The notes under the pieces are model-generated. The model searched no databases. It worked only from the letters and a program-made list of their open reading frames with translations, and was not told the DNA's origin. A program made the translations under genes and the position numbers. This document shows positions 59,235-64,000 of a stretch of 64,000 nt of DNA, one piece after another (position 1 is the first letter of the stretch; each line of letters opens with the position of its first letter). Source of the DNA: Chrysomallon squamiferum (taxonomy: Eukaryota > Animalia > Mollusca); NCBI GenBank assembly GCA_012295275.1, contig CM022675.1, forward strand, positions 11,718,001-11,782,000, in the 5' to 3' direction.

Positions 59235-61749
59235 TATCAATATATGTTGTTGTTTTTTCTTGTGTGTGTGTTTGTTTGTTTTTTCAATTTGTTTGCTTGT
59301 TTATATTTCTGTGTTTATACTGTTTAATTATTTATTTATCTATTACCCAGAAACAAACAGCAAAGAATCTCAGAAAGGCACTACTCCAGTTTTGCAAAGT
59401 GTTCAAGGATTCAGATCAAAACTAATAGACACGATGAAGTTAAAGTTGACACCCGTGCGAAATTCTAACCAGGCTAAAAATTCGAACAGGCAAAGAAAGC
59501 CAGCTGCTCAGAAGGACAAGACTGTGACAAAAAAACTTCCATCGAAGTCGGTGACAAAACCAGAGTTAGTTACCGTGGTTACAAGTGTTAGCTCCCCTAC
59601 TAGCCCAATAAAGACCTCTCCAAGTGCTCATATTCCAAAAACATACGTTCTGTTTATAGGAAATCTTCCGTATGATATCACACGCGACCAGCTAGAGGAA
59701 CATTTTAGAAAAACAGGTGAGTTTGATGTCTTATTGAAATTCTATGAATTAAATTTTTATTTTATTTTATTATTTTATTTTTTGGGGGGGGGGGAATCAG
59801 AGATCTTTGTTCAACAGTAAGAAGAAAGAATTATTGTCAACATGTTTATTGTTAGTAGTATTAAATTTATATTTTTATTATTATTTTTTATTTTGTTATT
59901 AATTTGATTAAAGTCATTATTATTATTATTTATATTAAAAATATTATTATTATTATTAATATTATTATTACAATCACCATCACCATCAGTATTATTTTCA
60001 AAAATTATTAGTATCAGAACCATTAATATTAAAATGACAATGATTATTATTATTATTATTATTATTAAAATCACAACCATAATGTTATTGTTATTATTAT
60101 TTTTATTATTAAAATAATCATCATTTTTACTGTTCCTAAGATAAAGTATTTATCTGATCAGAAATCAGTTCAGTGTGTATACTTTCGCTACTGTTTGTTT
60201 TTATAACCTGTCCTTTTGTCTGATAATATAAATATATATATCAAAAGCCATGGTACCTTGTTTTTCACATAATCACTGAAAACATTGTCTGAATTACATC
60301 TATAATGACAAACTCTGTACAACAGACGTTTTTCATTTCAGATTTTTCAAGAATCTTTGAGGAGTCTTTAAAGAAGTATTAGTTCATGAATTGTTTTTAT
60401 TTTTATTTTATTTTTCCAGGTGCTCGCGGTGTTAAGAGTATCAGGATTCCCAAAGAGAAAGGAACTGACAAAGGGCGGGGTTTTGCTTACATGGAATTTA
60501 AAGACAGAATCAGTCATGGGGTAAGTTGTTAAACAAAAGATCAGTGAAGCATTTTTTTTTTTTAAATAAACCTTTCAATTCCTAGCCTTGGATCTATTTA
60601 CAGTCTCATATGACTTCCCCCCTATTTACCAAAAGGATAAGTCAGAGAATTTGGGTGAAAATGTATTCCATTATTTTTTATCAGTTGTTTTTAAAGATGG
60701 GGAGCATTATTATTATATTTTTGTTTTGAGTAGGGGGTGGATAGAGTGGCTTGAAAGTACACAGAAGTAAGATCTTAATTCAAGCTGTTGAATTATGCTG
60801 ATGTTGATGAAGAAATGAAAAAAATGGACATTTTAGACTGTTTCAGTGATACTTACCCAGACTGGTTACAGTATGTAGGGAGGGCCTAATGGGAGGACCA
60901 GGGATAATGTGTTCTTGAGAGAGGGAGAAGCTATTGTGGAAAGAACTGTTGTGTAGATGTACAGATTGACAACTGACATATTATATATGTTATACATCTC
61001 TTTGTTAGTTTACTTACTTACTTACTTACTTATTTTTTATTTACTTATTTATTTATTTATATAATTTTACTTTGCTAATAGAAATTAGCTAAAATTTGAC
61101 AAATTCTAAGATAAGTTCTGGTCAGACAGTGAGTTAATCTAGTGTCTGTTGGTTTCAGTTTGGACTAAATAAGTTTTCATGTATACATTAATTCAGACAT
61201 GCACAGTTTTTTATAATTTTTACATTGTTTTAAATCAGATAATATTCAGCCATTAGACGAAGGTCAGTGTAACATTTTATAACACTGACCTCTCTTCAGA
61301 ATCTTATCTGTCACTGATGTTAAATAAATAAATATTATCAGTAACAAATACTGAATCTGACCGTTTTTGTTTTTTCCACTCCAGCATTTAGCCAATGGTT
61401 TAATTTCAGACGAAAATAATTTACATGAGTACATATTTATAATGTTTATTGTGGTTGTATTTTTTTGTTGTTATGCTTTATTGTTAAGGGCCAAAATATA
61501 AATAAAACATAAACAGGAAAGTTGCAGAATTCATTTTTTTCATCGAAGATACGTTTGTAAATTCATTTGTTCATTTATTCATTTATTCTTTTTTAGATTG
61601 CCCTTCGACTGCATCAAACAAAGCTTGGAGGTCGGAGGATAAATGTTGAATTCACCCCCACGGGTGGCAAAAAAAAGAGACAAGAGACGTTGAAAAATCG
61701 AAAACAGAAAAAACTTACTAAAACAAAAAGCTCAAATGGCGATTCCTAA
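58064..61749 (+). CDS. Single-RRM RNA-binding protein, Nop6-like (probable nucleolar), about 244 aa, 4 coding exons
   Basis: Exons 58064-58178, 59351-59716, 60420-60520 and 61597-61749 join in frame (735 nt). RNP2 LFIGNL, RNP1 RGFAYMEF, ALRLHQTKLGGRRINVEFT and a basic tail. Confidence 0.88.
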
Positions 61750-63504
61750 TTTCACCCATGCAATTTTTGACCTCCGTTTTTTTTGTAAATACGAGAAAGA
61801 GTAATTGTGTTTATTGGTTGGCCGATTTTGTTCGTTTCCTTTGTTAGTTTTACTGAAAACATGGATGTCTTATTTTTGGATACCTGGATGGAAGTACGAG
61901 TTGATGTGTAAATGGTGAATTTGAAAGTTTGTGAAATGAAAGTCAAGATTTTGATATTACAAAAAAATGATGCTTGTAACTGTATAAATGGAAATGTGAT
62001 CTTATGTATTTATTTAAACGTATTCCATTTGAAATTCTGTTATTTATGATTTGATTTGTGTCATTTAGGTGCTGAATGTTTGGTTTACTTTTTACTAGTG
62101 TTACAGTAATTATTAATTATTATTATTATTATTTCTGTTCTTCTACAACCATCTTCATTTAATTCTCAGATGTGAAACTTTAAAAATTTTTGTTTTAATT
62201 TTTAATTATTTATTTATTTTTTATTTTATTTTATCTTATTTTATTTATTTATTTATTTATTTTTTATTTTATTTTTTATTACTACATAAAAACAAAAATA
62301 AATGCTTGTAAACTTACATAAGGCTTCGGTAATCTGCTAGTAGAATTTTAAAATATTTAAAGTCATAGTGTGAAGATAAAACTGAAAGTGTGTTACAGGC
62401 AGTTTCTACTTTTAGCCTGAAAATCAGAGAGAAATTTCAGAAATAATAATTATAATAATAATAAAATGATTGTAATACTATTAATTAATATGTTCGATAT
62501 TATCAATGAACTTAAAATTAATTTGTGCAAATTTGTGTAACATTTGAAGATAACGAGATAGTGATAGTGCATTCTGTAGCTTTTTCCTACTCACTGGTTG
62601 GCAGAATCTGATTGTGTGCAAGTCTTGTTTCTTTACATTAAAAGAAATGTTTAAGACTAGTATAAATATAACATTTAATGAAAACTTGTTATTATTTATT
62701 TCATTTTTTTTGTAAATGTGTCTTATTAAAGGTTGACTGAATGCTTAATGGGAGATATTTAAATACTGGCAGCGAAATACAAATTCTGGAATTTGTCGAA
62801 GACACTGCTAGTCACGTTAATATAATGCTTTTTGCTTTAATAACCTTATTTATTTATTTATTTATTTATATGTCTAATATGGCTTTTATTTAGTTTATAA
62901 AAGAGCTTTATTTATTTCTTTTATTTTTTGTATTGATTAGAGAACTGATTTGACAAAAAAAAAAAAAAAAAAACAATTAAATTAGGCTGAAGACATCATG
63001 TTTTATTTTGTTACTAAACTTTTGTTTTTTATTTGTATTTGAGAGTAACTGTTTCTAAATAGTATTATTTCACTAGGATGTTTATTTACAAATTGTTTTT
63101 CTATTTAATTATTATTATTTTTTTTTTTTCTCCTAGATATTAGTTATTAAGATAAATATAAATCTGGAGAGCAGATAAAATAAAAAATTATTATCAAAGT
63201 GTACCTCAGTCCTACTACAAATTGATATACTATGTTGATTTCCAAATGGTTGTTTTGTAACTGGTCACCAGACTTTGCTAAAAAAATAAAGTAACAAATC
63301 TGAAATGATGCTTGCCAACTGCTGGTTTTATTATTATTATACATTTTTTTCAATTTTATTTATTTATTTATATTTTTATTATTTTTTTTTTTAATATTTA
63401 ATATAAATACTAATTTAGAAAAAATTAAATTCAGTTAATAATAATAAGAATAAGAATAATAAATTCCATCAATTTGAGAGACTTGTAAATCATTAAAAAA
63501 TATA

Positions 63505-63536
<32 letters not shown>

Positions 63537-64000
63537 CATATATGGTATTATGGTCAATCTGTTAGGAATTTTTTTCATTTCAATGGTACAAAATGAAGAG
63601 TACATAATATAAAAAGACCAGCTCCTTCTTTCTTTATATTTTGATTACAAACAAACAAACTAATGAATATCGCCAACAAAAAAGCATGAAAGTGGGCAAA
63701 ATATATTTATCACTATTCCTTTCCACGACAAGCATGCTTTAACAATGTTAGATGCTGAATCTGAATTTAATCTATTTGCAGATTAACTATGCCATATCAT
63801 AATTGTTTTTAATAATTGTAACACTGAAGGATTTAATTTAAAATGTTTAATAGTTACTTAATAACAAACAAAAAAAAAAAAAAAAAAATTAAATAAATAA
63901 ATAAATGATAAATAAAAAGAATAAATAAATAAAAAATGGAAGATGATGGACTGTGTGGGTGCAGTTCATTTGTCCACATGGCTTAGTGGATTACTAGTTT

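Overview
AT-rich, microsatellite-dense, intron-containing animal DNA. A molluscan, probably octopod-cephalopod, origin is inferred from the repeat landscape and a mollusc-type EGF-ZP gene. Three conventional spliced genes can be reconstructed in frame: an ENPP4/5/6-like ecto-phosphodiesterase (3368-8701, +) that lacks two Zn-ligand aspartates, an EGF-EGF-ZP-TM protein (41889-50927, +) and a Nop6-like RRM protein (58064-61749, +). The main signal is a cluster of nine paralogues of one small gene family (12.8-56 kb) whose catalytic domain lies in a single exon. Its motif order (VYIW..GHASL..YISWWP..LE.D..E..LD..M/I..WW..Y.L..NC..VY.ALR.GG) is that of a circularly permuted papain-like/NlpC-P60 His-Cys domain and, as I recall it, closely follows the catalytic core of the bacterial MARTX RID / IcsB lysine fatty-acyltransferases. 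The family splits into Cys-type and Cys-to-Ser-type copies, twice arranged as convergent pairs. It shows birth-and-death turnover and an apparent excess of amino-acid change, and the copies sit behind ISRE, NF-kB and STAT-like motifs that decay in broken copies. All homology calls are by eye and need database confirmation.
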